Source: Candidatus Binatia bacterium | Lineage (GTDB): Bacteria; Desulfobacterota; Binatia; UBA9968; JAJDTQ01 | Direction: 5' to 3' | DNA: 64,000 nt | NCBI GenBank assembly: GCA_963666515.2 | Contig: OY762897.2 | Coordinates: 3,776,001-3,840,000, forward strand | Shown: piece after piece, positions 55,399-64,000 of the stretch | Layout: each line of letters begins with the position of its first letter | Numbering within the stretch: the first letter of the stretch is position 1 | Translations under genes and position numbers: made by a program | Notes under the pieces: model-generated | What the model saw: the letters and a program-made list of their open reading frames with translations, nothing else | What the model was told of the DNA's origin: nothing | Databases searched by the model: none

Positions 55399-55596
55399 GT
55401 GAAGTACAAAGTCGCGCTACACGAGTCGGAAGAGGGTTTCAGTGTGTGTGCCCCCGGCCTGCCGGGTTGCTGGTCGCAGGGAAAGACGGAGTCGGAGGCA
55501 CTGGCCAATATCGAGGCGGCCATTCAGGAATACTTGGGTGTGGTCGAGGACCTGTTGGAGGACGCCCAGATTCGGGAAATCGAGGTCCCGGGATAA
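55399..55596 (+). CDS. hicB: HicB family antitoxin (short, no DNA-binding domain)
   Basis: PGLPGCWSQGKTESEALANIEAAI. Confidence 0.9.
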   Translation: MKYKVALHESEEGFSVCAPGLPGCWSQGKTESEALANIEAAIQEYLGVVEDLLEDAQIREIEVPG

Positions 55597-55599
55597 GAC

Positions 55600-55815
55600 G
55601 TGCCCAAGCTTCCCGGTGTCAACCACATGGATGCAGTGCGGGCTCTTGAGAAAGCGGGCTTTCGCATAGCCCGTCAGGGCAAGCATGTCGTCATGACGGA
55701 TGGGGTGCGTATACTGACGGTACCGAGAAACAATCCGGTCAACGCCTTCACCATGGGCGGGATCGTGAGGGATGCCGGCTTGACCATTGACGAGTTCCGC
55801 AAGCTGCTACGATGA
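55600..55815 (+). CDS. hicA: HicA family toxin
   Basis: VRALEKAGFRIARQGKH, LTVP, GIVRDAGLT. Confidence 0.9.
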   Translation: MPKLPGVNHMDAVRALEKAGFRIARQGKHVVMTDGVRILTVPRNNPVNAFTMGGIVRDAGLTIDEFRKLLR

Positions 55816-55877
55816 CTCGAAAAATGGTAGCCTCATGCCCCCGATGATCCGCTACACGCGCTTCGGCGAGGCCCGGC

Positions 55878-56528
55878 TCAACCCGCCGGGCAACTCACTC
55901 CGGTGCCGCCCAGCCCGCAATATCCCCACGGGTTCTTGGCCAAGTACTGCTGGTGATAGTCCTCCGCGAAATAGAACTCGCCCGCGTCCAGGATCTCGGT
56001 GGTGATGGCGCCGTAGCCCGCCTTCGACACCTCCTCCTGATAGCGTTCGCGTGACGCCTCCGCGGCCGTCTTCTGCCCGTCGCCGTACGTGTATATCCCC
56101 GAGCGGTACTGCGTACCCACGTCGTTGCCCTGGCGCATTCCCTGGGTCGGGTCGTGGGTCTCCCAGAACACCTTGAGCAGCTCGTTGTATGTCACCACCT
56201 TGGGGTCGAACACCACCAGCACCACCTCGTTGTGCCCGGTCCTGCCCGTGCACACCTCCTCGTAGGTGGGATTTGGCGTCAGGCCACCGCCGTAGCCCAC
56301 CGCGGTAGTGTAGACGCCGTCGAGTTGCCAGAAACAACGTTCCGCCCCCCAGAAACAGCCCAGACCGAACACCGCCTTCTCCATGCCGTCGGGGTACGGC
56401 GGCTCCAGCGGATGCCCGTTCACGTGGTGCGCCGCCGGCACCGGCATCTTCTCCTGCCGGCCGGGCAGCGCGCTGGCCGCGTCCGGCATCTTCATCTTAC
56501 CCATCAAGCCGATCAAGCCCCAGAGCAT
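55878..56528 (-). CDS. msrA: Peptide-methionine (S)-S-oxide reductase
   Basis: [41 protein letters not shown]. Confidence 0.96.
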   Translation of the reverse strand: MLWGLIGLMGKMKMPDAASALPGRQEKMPVPAAHHVNGHPLEPPYPDGMEKAVFGLGCFWGAERCFWQLDGVYTTAVGYGGGLTPNPTYEEVCTGRTGHNEVVLVVFDPKVVTYNELLKVFWETHDPTQGMRQGNDVGTQYRSGIYTYGDGQKTAAEASRERYQEEVSKAGYGAITTEILDAGEFYFAEDYHQQYLAKNPWGYCGLGGTGVSCPAG

Positions 56529-56715
56529 GACGATCTCCTTTCACGGGGAATTGCGCCTGCACCGATTCCCCGATCTCATACCATGCCACGTCCGGGCAGG
56601 GTTGCAAGCCGGGAGTTGAAATCGAATGGGTGCAGAGGGGGAGTCGCCAGGCACGGCTGTACCAAACGCCACCAAAGTTGCGTTTAGTAGCACTATATGC
56701 AATCGTACTATGCAA

Positions 56716-57849
56716 ATGGTACAACGACACCACTGGATCAAGACCATCGAGAATCTTTGGACGGCGAAGTCCGTGGTTTGGCTCGCCGGCGTCCGCAGGG
56801 CAGGCAAGACCTTTCTCTGTCAATCCTTGCCGCATGTCGAGTATCTCGACTGCGAGCTTCCGAGCACGCGCCGGGCGCTGGAGGATCCGGAGGGTTTTCT
56901 CCTGGACGTGGGGCCGCGCAGGGTGGTCCTGGACGAGGTTCACCGCCTGCCCAATCCATCCGAGCTTCTGAAGATCGCCGCGGACTACCACCCGGAAACG
57001 AAGATCATCGCCACCGGCTCATCGTCGCTGGGAGCGTCCCGCAGATTCCGTGACACCCTCACCGATCGCAAGCGGGACCTTTGGCTGACTCCCATGCTGA
57101 TGCAGGACGAGCAGGAGTTCGGTGAGCGGGGGCTCGATCACCGTTTCCAATTCGGTGGTCTTCCACCATTCTACCTGGCCGAGGCGGTGCCGGAGGACGG
57201 CTTTCAGGACTGGATCGATTCCTACTGGGCCAAGGACGTCCAGGAACTGTTCCAGGTGGGGCGTCGATGGTCCTTCATGCGGTTCGTCGAGCTGATGTTC
57301 GCCCAGAGCGGGGGGATCTTCGAAGCCACACGGTTCGCGGCCGCCTGCGAGGTCAGCCGTACGACCATCGCCAACTATCTCCAGATCCTGGAGGACACCC
57401 TGGTCATCCAGGTCATACGGCCCTACAGCACCCGGCGCGCCACCGAGATCGTGGCGGCGCCGAAGGTTTACGGCTTCGACACGGGATTCGTCTGCCTGTT
57501 CAAAGGGTGGGAGGAGTTGCGCAACGAGGACCGCGGCGCCTTGTGGGAACACTACGTGCTGAACGAGTACCTGGGCCGGCGGCAGAAACGCGACCTGAGC
57601 TATTGGCGGGACAAGCGCGGCCACGAGGTGGACTTCGTCACCGTCAGGCGCGGGAAGCTGGTCGCCATCGAGTGCAAGTGGCGCGCCGACGGTTTCGATC
57701 CGCGCAACCTGCACGCCTTCCGCAAGGCCTATCCCGACGGGGAAAACTTCGTCGTGACGTCCGATACGGAGCGCTCGTACCAGCGGCGTGACGGCGACCT
57801 CCAGTACCGGTTCGTGGGCCTTCCCGATCTGGTCCGGCGGCTGGCGTAG
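56716..57849 (+). CDS. AAA_14 ATPase with DUF4143 C-terminal domain
   Basis: GVRRAGKT, LDEVH, ATGSS, GGLP, PKVYGFDTG, YWRDKRGHEVDFV, AIECK. Confidence 0.88.
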   Translation: MVQRHHWIKTIENLWTAKSVVWLAGVRRAGKTFLCQSLPHVEYLDCELPSTRRALEDPEGFLLDVGPRRVVLDEVHRLPNPSELLKIAADYHPETKIIATGSSSLGASRRFRDTLTDRKRDLWLTPMLMQDEQEFGERGLDHRFQFGGLPPFYLAEAVPEDGFQDWIDSYWAKDVQELFQVGRRWSFMRFVELMFAQSGGIFEATRFAAACEVSRTTIANYLQILEDTLVIQVIRPYSTRRATEIVAAPKVYGFDTGFVCLFKGWEELRNEDRGALWEHYVLNEYLGRRQKRDLSYWRDKRGHEVDFVTVRRGKLVAIECKWRADGFDPRNLHAFRKAYPDGENFVVTSDTERSYQRRDGDLQYRFVGLPDLVRRLA

Positions 57850-57851
57850 CC

Positions 57852-58745
57852 ATGGAAACCGGCATCGCCTACGCGCTCGCCGCCGCGCTCTGCTGGGGAA
57901 CCTCCCCTGTTCTGGTCAAGCGCGGCCTCAGGCACTCCAACATCAGCGCGGCTGTCCTGATGCAGCAGGTCGGGTCGGTCCTTGTGCTGGTGCTGATCAT
58001 CGTGCTGCCCTTCGGTGAGGTTCGGCTCCTCATGCCCTGGACCGCGGCCGCGGTGTTCGTCTCCGTGGGGCTGGTGGGCAGCTTCCTGGGCCGCACCTTC
58101 GCGCTTAAGGGCATCGACGAGGTGGGCGCCTCCAAGGCCCAGTCCATCGTCAACTCCGCGCCGCTCCTCACTGCGGTCTACGCCATCGTCCTGCTGGGGG
58201 AGACGGCGACCCCGCTCATCCTCATCGGCGTGGTCCTGATCGTGACCGGGCTGCTGCTCATCACCCGCGGGGCTACCGACGGCGAAGACCCGCAGCGGCC
58301 CGTAACCCTCAGGGCATTCCTCAACCCGCTGCTGGCCATCGTGTTCTTCGGTTTCGGCCCGATCCTCAAGAAGGTGGCGATCCTGTCCGGCGGCACGCCC
58401 ATACCGGGGTCGCTCATCACCCACGTCACCGGCCTGGCGCTCATCCTGTCGTTCGGCCGGCTGCTGCGCATCGACTGGCGGGAAGGCATCCGGCTCACCG
58501 GGGACAGCTACTTCTTCCTTCTCCTGTCCGGTTTCTTCCAGGGGGTGGGGTCGGTGTTCACCTACCTCGCGGTGGCCCATGCCCCGGCCATCATCGTCGC
58601 CCCCATCTGGAACGTGCAGCCGCTGATCACCTTCTCGCTGGCGCGGCTGCTCCTGCAAGGCGACGAGGCCGTCACCCTCAAGGACGGCCTGGCCGCGGTG
58701 CTGGTCGTGGCGGGCGTCTTCTTTCTGTTCCAGTCGCGGGGGTAG
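57852..58745 (+). CDS. DMT/EamA family transporter
   Basis: ALAAALCWG, IDEVGASKA, LLGE, two EamA repeats. Confidence 0.88.
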   Translation: METGIAYALAAALCWGTSPVLVKRGLRHSNISAAVLMQQVGSVLVLVLIIVLPFGEVRLLMPWTAAAVFVSVGLVGSFLGRTFALKGIDEVGASKAQSIVNSAPLLTAVYAIVLLGETATPLILIGVVLIVTGLLLITRGATDGEDPQRPVTLRAFLNPLLAIVFFGFGPILKKVAILSGGTPIPGSLITHVTGLALILSFGRLLRIDWREGIRLTGDSYFFLLLSGFFQGVGSVFTYLAVAHAPAIIVAPIWNVQPLITFSLARLLLQGDEAVTLKDGLAAVLVVAGVFFLFQSRG

Positions 58746-58795
58746 GTGAGCAGCCGCATCAGCACGGTGGTGTCAATCGCGTAGCGACGGATCAT
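58746..58795 (-). pseudogene. Truncated PIN/VapC toxin remnant
   Basis: MIRRYAIDTTVLMRLL resembles the PIN N-terminal xDTNVLxR motif; similarity stops at the stop codon of the convergent EamA gene. Confidence 0.6.
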
Positions 58796-59015
58796 ACCCT
58801 TGTTCCCGGAAGGCTCCGATGTCGAATGGTGGGTGATCGGGCGGAATCTTGTCCCGCAACGTCCCGAGACGGGAGTAGTCGATGCGTCTGGGTCGCAGAA
58901 GGAAGCCCCCGGTACCTTCTTCCAGTTCGAGTTGATCTCCGGGACCTACGCCGAGTGCATCCAGCACCCTGGCGGGGAATGTAACCTGTCGCTTTGACGT
59001 AATCGTGACGACCAT
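58773..59015 (-). CDS. AbrB/MazE/SpoVT family antitoxin
   Basis: TITSKRQVTFPARVLDALGVGPGDQL; RBS AAGGAGG. Confidence 0.88.
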   Translation of the reverse strand: MVVTITSKRQVTFPARVLDALGVGPGDQLELEEGTGGFLLRPRRIDYSRLGTLRDKIPPDHPPFDIGAFREQGYDPSLRD

Positions 59016-59122
59016 TGTCGAGCCCTCCGTCCTCCTTACCAATTACCATGGAAGAGTAAGGTGCTCCGTGCAAGCGCGCCGCCTGCTTGACCGCGCAATA
59101 ACTTGCTGCGCCGAGCCGCGCG

Positions 59123-59446
59123 TTACGCCAGTCTCCCGAACACCGCAATCCAGATGCACGGCGGCGTCCGGCTGGTGTAGTTGACCCGGTGGCGGCGGTG
59201 GGCGGGTATCAGCACGTGGTCTCCGGCGCCGAGCCGCAGCGTCTCCCCGTCCTCGAACTCCAGCACGGCCTCGCCCTGAATCAGCGCGACCCATTCGTCC
59301 CGGTCCTGGTCGTACCACTCGCCGGCGGGCGCCGCGCGGCCGCGGGAGACGATGCGCTCGATCTTCACGCCCCGGTCGGGAATGAGGTCGGTGAACTCTT
59401 CGTCGTCCGGGAGCGGATCGGGCAGGTTGTAGAGGTTAACCTTCAT
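59123..59446 (-). CDS. Cupin domain protein
   Basis: IERIVS, WYDQDRDEWV, GDHVLIPAHRRHRV, WIAV. Confidence 0.9.
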   Translation of the reverse strand: MKVNLYNLPDPLPDDEEFTDLIPDRGVKIERIVSRGRAAPAGEWYDQDRDEWVALIQGEAVLEFEDGETLRLGAGDHVLIPAHRRHRVNYTSRTPPCIWIAVFGRLA

Positions 59447-59515
59447 GAAGTCCCTGTAGCGAGGAAGAAACGACTAACCAAGCCAATGCGCTGTCAGCCC
59501 ACGGACAAGGGCAGG

Positions 59516-59638
59516 TTAGTTTGGTGACTCCAAGTGCAGTGCCGTGATGTCCAGCCAAGGCGGCGAGCTCTCTGCGACCCACCTTGATTCGGGCGTCAGA
59601 ATCGCAACCTCGCGATGTGGATTCTCGGGGCTGGCGTT
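59516..59638 (-). pseudogene. 3' fragment of the zeta-toxin-like AAA gene split by IS256
   Basis: Continues in frame from DNAS: PENPHREVAILTPESRWVAESSPPWLDITALHLESPN*. Confidence 0.8.
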
Positions 59639-61030
59639 GAGCTACTGTCAAATCTGGTGTATGGCCGAGCTGAATCAGGCGGCTTTTCTACGGGTCTCCC
59701 TTTCATCGACGCCATCGACGAACTTCACCTTGGCGACCAAGTCAGCGAGTTGACCGAACCCCCGGAGCCGGCGCCATCGCTTTTGAGCGCTCATGGCCAG
59801 TTGATGCACCAGGCTCAGGGCGGTGGTGACGCTGAGGCAGTTCCGGGTCTTCACGGTTCGTAGCCGGATGGTGGCGAAGGTGGACTCGATGGGGTTGGTG
59901 GTACGCAGATGCTGCCAGTGAGCTGCGGGGAAGTCATAGAAGGTGAGCAACGTGTCGCGGTCGCGGCTCAGGCAGTCCACCGCCTTGGGGTACTTGGCTT
60001 CGTAGGTGCCACAGAAACGGTCCAGGGCCTGTTCGGCGCTTTTGCGAGTATCGGCCATCCAGATGTCGTGGATCATCGACTTGGCTTCAGGCTGGACGCG
60101 CTTGGGCAGCTTGTCCAGGACATTGGCGGTCTTGTGCACCCAGCAGCGCTGGGTGCGGGTTTCGGGATAGACTTCGGCCAGGGCCGTCCAGAACCCCAGC
60201 GCTCCGTCACCCACCGCCAGCTTCGGCGCCTTCACGCCACGGTCTCTGAGGCTCAACAGAAGGGCTTTCCAACTCTCCAAGGACTCCCGAAACCCAGCGT
60301 CCAGAGCCAGGAAGTGCTTGCGTCCGTGAATGTCGCAGCCCACCACCACCACCAGGATACAACGCCGCTCCTCCTGCCGGATGTTCACGTAGATCCCGTC
60401 CGCCCACACATACACGAACTCGTGCCCGTGCCAGTCCCGCTCCTGCCACTCCGCGTACTGCTCCTCCCACACCCGCTTCATCCGCGTGATCGCTGCCGGC
60501 GACAGCCCCTTCACCTCGCCCCCGAACAACGCCTCCAGCGCTTCCCCAAAGTCGTTCGTCGACACCCCCTTCAGATACAGCCACGGCACCACCGCCTCCA
60601 CCCGCCGAGCCTTCCTCAAGTACGGCGGCAACAACTCCGAGCGAAAACACCGCCCCTTGCCCGCTCGATCCCGCGTCTTCGGCACCTGCACCTTCACAGG
60701 CCCCAACCCCGTCAACACCTCCCGTTCCCGCTGATACCCGTTCCGTACCACCGCTCGCCTCCCCCTCCCATCACGCTCCCCCTCATGCCCTCCCAGAAAG
60801 CTCTCCAACTCCGCCTCCACCGCCGCCCGGATCATCGCTTGTGCTCCCTCTCGCAGCATCTCGCTCAACTCATCCCGAAATTCCGCTGGACTCCCGGCCC
60901 CTTCTCTCCTATCCTTCTCCATGGTGGCGCTTCTCCTTTCCCGCTGAAACGTTGCTCTTCCAAGCCCCATTTCAGCAGAGTCGCGCCGCCTCCTTCAACT
61001 CCCCCCGTACACCACTTTTGAATGTAGCTC
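59639..61030 (-). mobile_element. IS256 family insertion sequence, 1392 bp
   Basis: 26-bp imperfect TIRs GAGCTACTGTCAAATCTGGTGTATGG / GAGCTACATTCAAAAGTGGTGTACGG; 9-bp TSD GCTGGCGTT (59630-59638 and 61031-61039). Confidence 0.95.
59675..60922 (-). CDS. IS256 family transposase
   Basis: VRNGY, LYLKGVST, YVWADG, LAVGDGALGFW, QRCWVHK, RTTNPIES. Confidence 0.95.
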   Translation of the reverse strand: MEKDRREGAGSPAEFRDELSEMLREGAQAMIRAAVEAELESFLGGHEGERDGRGRRAVVRNGYQREREVLTGLGPVKVQVPKTRDRAGKGRCFRSELLPPYLRKARRVEAVVPWLYLKGVSTNDFGEALEALFGGEVKGLSPAAITRMKRVWEEQYAEWQERDWHGHEFVYVWADGIYVNIRQEERRCILVVVVGCDIHGRKHFLALDAGFRESLESWKALLLSLRDRGVKAPKLAVGDGALGFWTALAEVYPETRTQRCWVHKTANVLDKLPKRVQPEAKSMIHDIWMADTRKSAEQALDRFCGTYEAKYPKAVDCLSRDRDTLLTFYDFPAAHWQHLRTTNPIESTFATIRLRTVKTRNCLSVTTALSLVHQLAMSAQKRWRRLRGFGQLADLVAKVKFVDGVDERETRRKAA

Positions 61031-61504
61031 GCTGGCGTTGTCGTAGATCCGGGTTTCGTCGGACCGCGCGACAGCCGCCGGAAGGTTCTCTAGCGAGCGG
61101 GCAAATCTCCGCCTCACGTCCTCTTCCGGCACATCGTGACCACCCAACGCTACACGGTTGGCGATCCGATCCAGTGATTGGGCGACGGAGTTCACCGAGA
61201 TATAGTGCAGCTCGATTCGGTATCCCGAAAAACGGGCTTGGTCCATGACGCGAAGTATGGTCTTGCCGGCCAACGTGGTTTCCACCACGACGGTTCTGAA
61301 ATCGGCGAATGCGGCGCGGCGTCTCCACACAGCCTTGCGCCGGGCCTCCACGGCGCGTTCGGGATCAACGAGACTGGCGCGGCGAGCTAGGGCATCAGGG
61401 TCGATTGACTCCACCCCGCCGAATCGCCTGGAACGTGTTAGCGTGGATTTCCCTGATCCGTTGGGGCCGGCCACGATATAGAGGATCGGCGTGGCCGAAG
61501 GCAT
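61031..61504 (-). pseudogene. Zeta-toxin-like P-loop kinase/AAA gene, 5' part, interrupted by IS256
   Basis: AGPNGSGKST, IDPD, ETTL, RVALGGHDVP, RRRF.RS, IYDN. Confidence 0.85.
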
Positions 61505-61516
61505 AGACGGGCTGGA

Positions 61517-61714
61517 TCAGGCGCTCTTGCTTTCGCCCGGCGTGACGATCTCGTCACCATCCTTGGTCCGGGCAACATAGGCGCCGTCCTGGCGATAACC
61601 GTAGAGTGTACCACCGGCCTCGACTTGAGCAGCGAGATCGGCCTTGATTCGATCACGCCATGCAGCCTGCTGAACGGGTTTCCCTGAAGGCTCCGTTTCT
61701 TCCCCCTTCACCAT
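61517..61714 (-). CDS. Small hypothetical protein, likely partner/antitoxin of the zeta-like gene
   Basis: 65 aa, 12 bp upstream of the zeta-like gene on the same strand. Confidence 0.55.
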   Translation of the reverse strand: MVKGEETEPSGKPVQQAAWRDRIKADLAAQVEAGGTLYGYRQDGAYVARTKDGDEIVTPGESKSA

Positions 61715-61811
61715 AGCTTAGACTTTAGGTACGGGAGGCGCGAATTGCAAGGCATGCAAACCAATCGCCACGAAACGCTTGTTCATGCAACGGTTTTGAT
61801 CTTTACCTTGC

Positions 61812-62879
61812 CTAGCCTGCATGCTCCGGCGGGCGAAATACCGCAAACACCTTGTCGGAGTTGGAGATCCACGACTCCAGGAAGACGATGTCGTCGGGCT
61901 TGCGGCCGATCTCGGACATGGCGCCGGCCAAGGCGAACCAGTTGAGCAGCTCGTGGTGGCCGCGATCCTCGGCCTCGGGCAGGCTGGTGCCGCGCCAGGT
62001 TTCCCAGTCGCCGTCCCGCAGCGCCTGGAAATAGCGCTTGTCCGATTCCACGTCCGGGTACATGAACGAGTGTTTGGCGGTAAGGAAGGAGTGGGACCAG
62101 CTCGACGACGCGATGAGGGCCACCCTCCAGGGACTGTCGGCAAAGGCGCGGGCGGTGGCGGCGCCGATGTCGAAGCAGCGCCAGGGCTGGGGTCCCGGCG
62201 GGTCGAACTGGTCTTCGATGTCGCGTGCGGCCGAAGGCGTCAGCGGGACGCCCCGGCTGCCCACCAGCTTGCGGCCGTAGCTGTTCACGGTGAAGGGCAC
62301 CAGCGGGTAGGGAAAACCCCGCCTGTCCCAGTCGAGATAGAGGATGGAGTTCACGAAGGCGTGCCCCAGCCCGCGGTGGAGCGGCTTGTAGGAGTAGGCC
62401 ACGTCGAAACCGTTGTCCAGCAGGCTCGACGCCAGGTGCTTGCCCGCCTCCTGGTGCCCCGCGATGGTGAAGACCTTGTCGTCGGGCTCGTCCCACACGT
62501 TGGCGCCCCGGCGGGTGTGGGTCCACGGCTGCGCCTCCACCGATTCGTAGGCGAGGATGGAGAAGGCCGGCACGCAGTCTTCCTTGTAGTTCTCGTACTG
62601 GTCGTCGCCCCACAGCACGCACAGGTCGGGCTGGAACTCGTCCAGGGCGCGGCGGGCGATGCGGAAGCGGTCGATCAGGTCCTGCCGGTGCGCTTCCGAA
62701 TGGCTCTGGCCGTCGTCCGTGCCCCACTGCTCGCGCATGGGCGCCGGCCAGTTCTCCATGTTCCGCAGCCGTTCCGGCAGTGCGGGGTCCTCCAGGCACA
62801 TCTTGATGCGCCGGGTCATGTTCCCCTGGAACCCGAGTCCGGGATAGTGCGTGATGCCCAGGCCGAGTATCTCTCCCAT
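61812..62879 (-). CDS. Extradiol ring-cleavage dioxygenase, LigB/class III family
   Basis: Start MGEILGLGITHYP; WGDDQYEN, LGHAF, ASSSWSH, HELLNW. Confidence 0.88.
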   Translation of the reverse strand: MGEILGLGITHYPGLGFQGNMTRRIKMCLEDPALPERLRNMENWPAPMREQWGTDDGQSHSEAHRQDLIDRFRIARRALDEFQPDLCVLWGDDQYENYKEDCVPAFSILAYESVEAQPWTHTRRGANVWDEPDDKVFTIAGHQEAGKHLASSLLDNGFDVAYSYKPLHRGLGHAFVNSILYLDWDRRGFPYPLVPFTVNSYGRKLVGSRGVPLTPSAARDIEDQFDPPGPQPWRCFDIGAATARAFADSPWRVALIASSSWSHSFLTAKHSFMYPDVESDKRYFQALRDGDWETWRGTSLPEAEDRGHHELLNWFALAGAMSEIGRKPDDIVFLESWISNSDKVFAVFRPPEHAG

Positions 62880-62901
62880 GTCCGTCGTCCTTCCCCGTCG
62901 C

Positions 62902-63624
62902 TTACGGCATCGTCTCCAGCAGGCGCCCAAAGCCCTCCACCGGCTCGCGAATCCTGAGGCGCTTCTGGGTCGCCCACACCTCGGCGTTGAGATTGGTCAC
63001 CACCGGCACTCCGAGGTCCGCCTCCAGGTCCTCGACGGCGGGCAGGCAGTCCCAGCCCGCGCCCAGCAGGTAGACGCACTCGCCGCCGTTCTCGACGAAG
63101 GCCTTCTTGGCCTCGCGGTAGATCACCTCGACCGGGATTTCGCCGACCTCCGCGAAGTCCACGCCCCGGATCTCCCCGATGCCCGTCACCGTGAATCCGG
63201 CCTGCTCGAAGAAAGCGGCGAACCTGGCGTTCATGGCGCCCTGGATGTAGGAGAGCGCCGCCATGGTGCGCACCCCCAGCGCGCGAAACGCCTCCACCTG
63301 CGCGGTGGTGGCGGTGAGCACCGGCACCCCGTACTGCCGGGTGAGCCGCTCGGTCAGTTCGCCGTCGAAGCGGTAGCCCCGGAGCATGATGGGCGGCACC
63401 CCCTGAATCACCACCAGGTCCACCCCGAACTCGGCAAGCTCCGCCACCCTGGACTCAGCCACGGCGATGGCCTCGTCGAATTCGGCCTCCGTCCCCGCGC
63501 GGACGCCGACGTAGCGCGGCACCACGCATACCCCGTCCGGCAGGAGCCGCGTGAAGGTCTCCAGCGAGCCGGGCCGGAACGTCGGCTTCACCACCCCTAC
63601 GGTGCCGCGCCAGCAGTACATCAC
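62902..63624 (-). CDS. Maleate isomerase/arylmalonate decarboxylase/Asp-Glu racemase superfamily protein
   Basis: WRGTVGVVKP, VEAFRALG, FFEQAGF, LEADLGVPVVT, GFGRLL. Confidence 0.8.
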   Translation of the reverse strand: MMYCWRGTVGVVKPTFRPGSLETFTRLLPDGVCVVPRYVGVRAGTEAEFDEAIAVAESRVAELAEFGVDLVVIQGVPPIMLRGYRFDGELTERLTRQYGVPVLTATTAQVEAFRALGVRTMAALSYIQGAMNARFAAFFEQAGFTVTGIGEIRGVDFAEVGEIPVEVIYREAKKAFVENGGECVYLLGAGWDCLPAVEDLEADLGVPVVTNLNAEVWATQKRLRIREPVEGFGRLLETMP

Positions 63625-64000
63625 ACCGCGATCGTCTGCCCCCCGTCCACCACCAGGGCATGGCCGGTGACGAAGGAGGCTTCGTCCGACACCAGGAACA
63701 GCACGCCGTAGGCCATCTCCTCGGGCCGCGCCATGCGCAGCAGCGCCTTGTTGCTGTCGGCCATGCGCTTGCGCTGCTCCGGGGTGGCGGCCTGGAGCGA
63801 CGGGACCGGCGGATGCCCGCGGAAGCGCGGCGTCTCGGTGGCGCCGGGACAGATGCAGTTCACGCGGACGCCCTTGGGGCCGTAGTCCAGCGCCATCTGC
63901 CGGGTCAGGCTGATGACCGCGGCCTTGGTGGCGCAGTAGGCCGGGTAGTTCGCCGACGCCACCAGCCCGAAGGTGGAGGCGGTGCTGACGATGCTGCCGC
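63621..64000 (-). CDS. SDR family oxidoreductase, 5' end outside window
   Basis: SIVSTAS, YCATK, RVNCICPG, FLVSDEASFVTG, VDGG. Confidence 0.92.
   Translation of the reverse strand, partial: GSIVSTASTFGLVASANYPAYCATKAAVISLTRQMALDYGPKGVRVNCICPGATETPRFRGHPPVPSLQAATPEQRKRMADSNKALLRMARPEEMAYGVLFLVSDEASFVTGHALVVDGGQTIAV

Noticed and set aside
51791-55523. Long N-terminal extensions in the ORF track (764, 583 and 412 aa versions)
   Set aside because: The extensions overlap upstream genes in other frames; internal ATGs at 53242, 54288 and 55187 give normal family lengths, the first two with ATGA coupling.
55852-55880. Sec read-through at other TGA stops (msrA, DtxR, hflK, ubiD, second SCO)
   Set aside because: These proteins are already complete at the stop, which does not fall at a conserved Cys position.
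1-64000. tRNA, rRNA or prophage genes
   Set aside because: None recognised by eye; intergenic spaces are short and mostly explained. A covariance-model scan would be needed to exclude small RNAs.

Overview
High-GC bacterial chromosomal window, probably from a deltaproteobacteria-like lineage (inferred from the split hemL-atpZ-atpI-atpB-atpE block and the signal-extended c subunit). It contains dnaA-dnaN with a likely bipartite oriC (DnaA boxes upstream of dnaA; DnaA-trio/GGCC/DnaA-box unwinding module downstream), Moco biosynthesis and xanthine-dehydrogenase-family genes, and an RND pump. A ~30 kb metal/redox homeostasis region carries three Zn/Mn-type ABC systems, an orphan Fe3+-binding protein, a fused ABC transporter, a DtxR regulator with a matching operator and two SCO proteins. 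Also present are catabolic operons, five toxin-antitoxin-like modules (two decayed), an intact IS256 with TIRs and a 9-bp TSD, and two families of short palindromic repeats. Two candidates stand out. (1) An operon in which an ArsP/SO_0444-type metal permease is fused to an HflK SPFH domain and followed by hflC and a second hflK, with no ftsH in the window: a possible SPFH cage built around a metal permease. (2) A hidden exported selenoprotein (rhodanese, U-x-C motif, in-frame UGA plus SECIS-like hairpin) translationally coupled to a VKOR-thioredoxin fusion downstream of a SCO gene. All calls come from reading motifs by eye; no searches were run.
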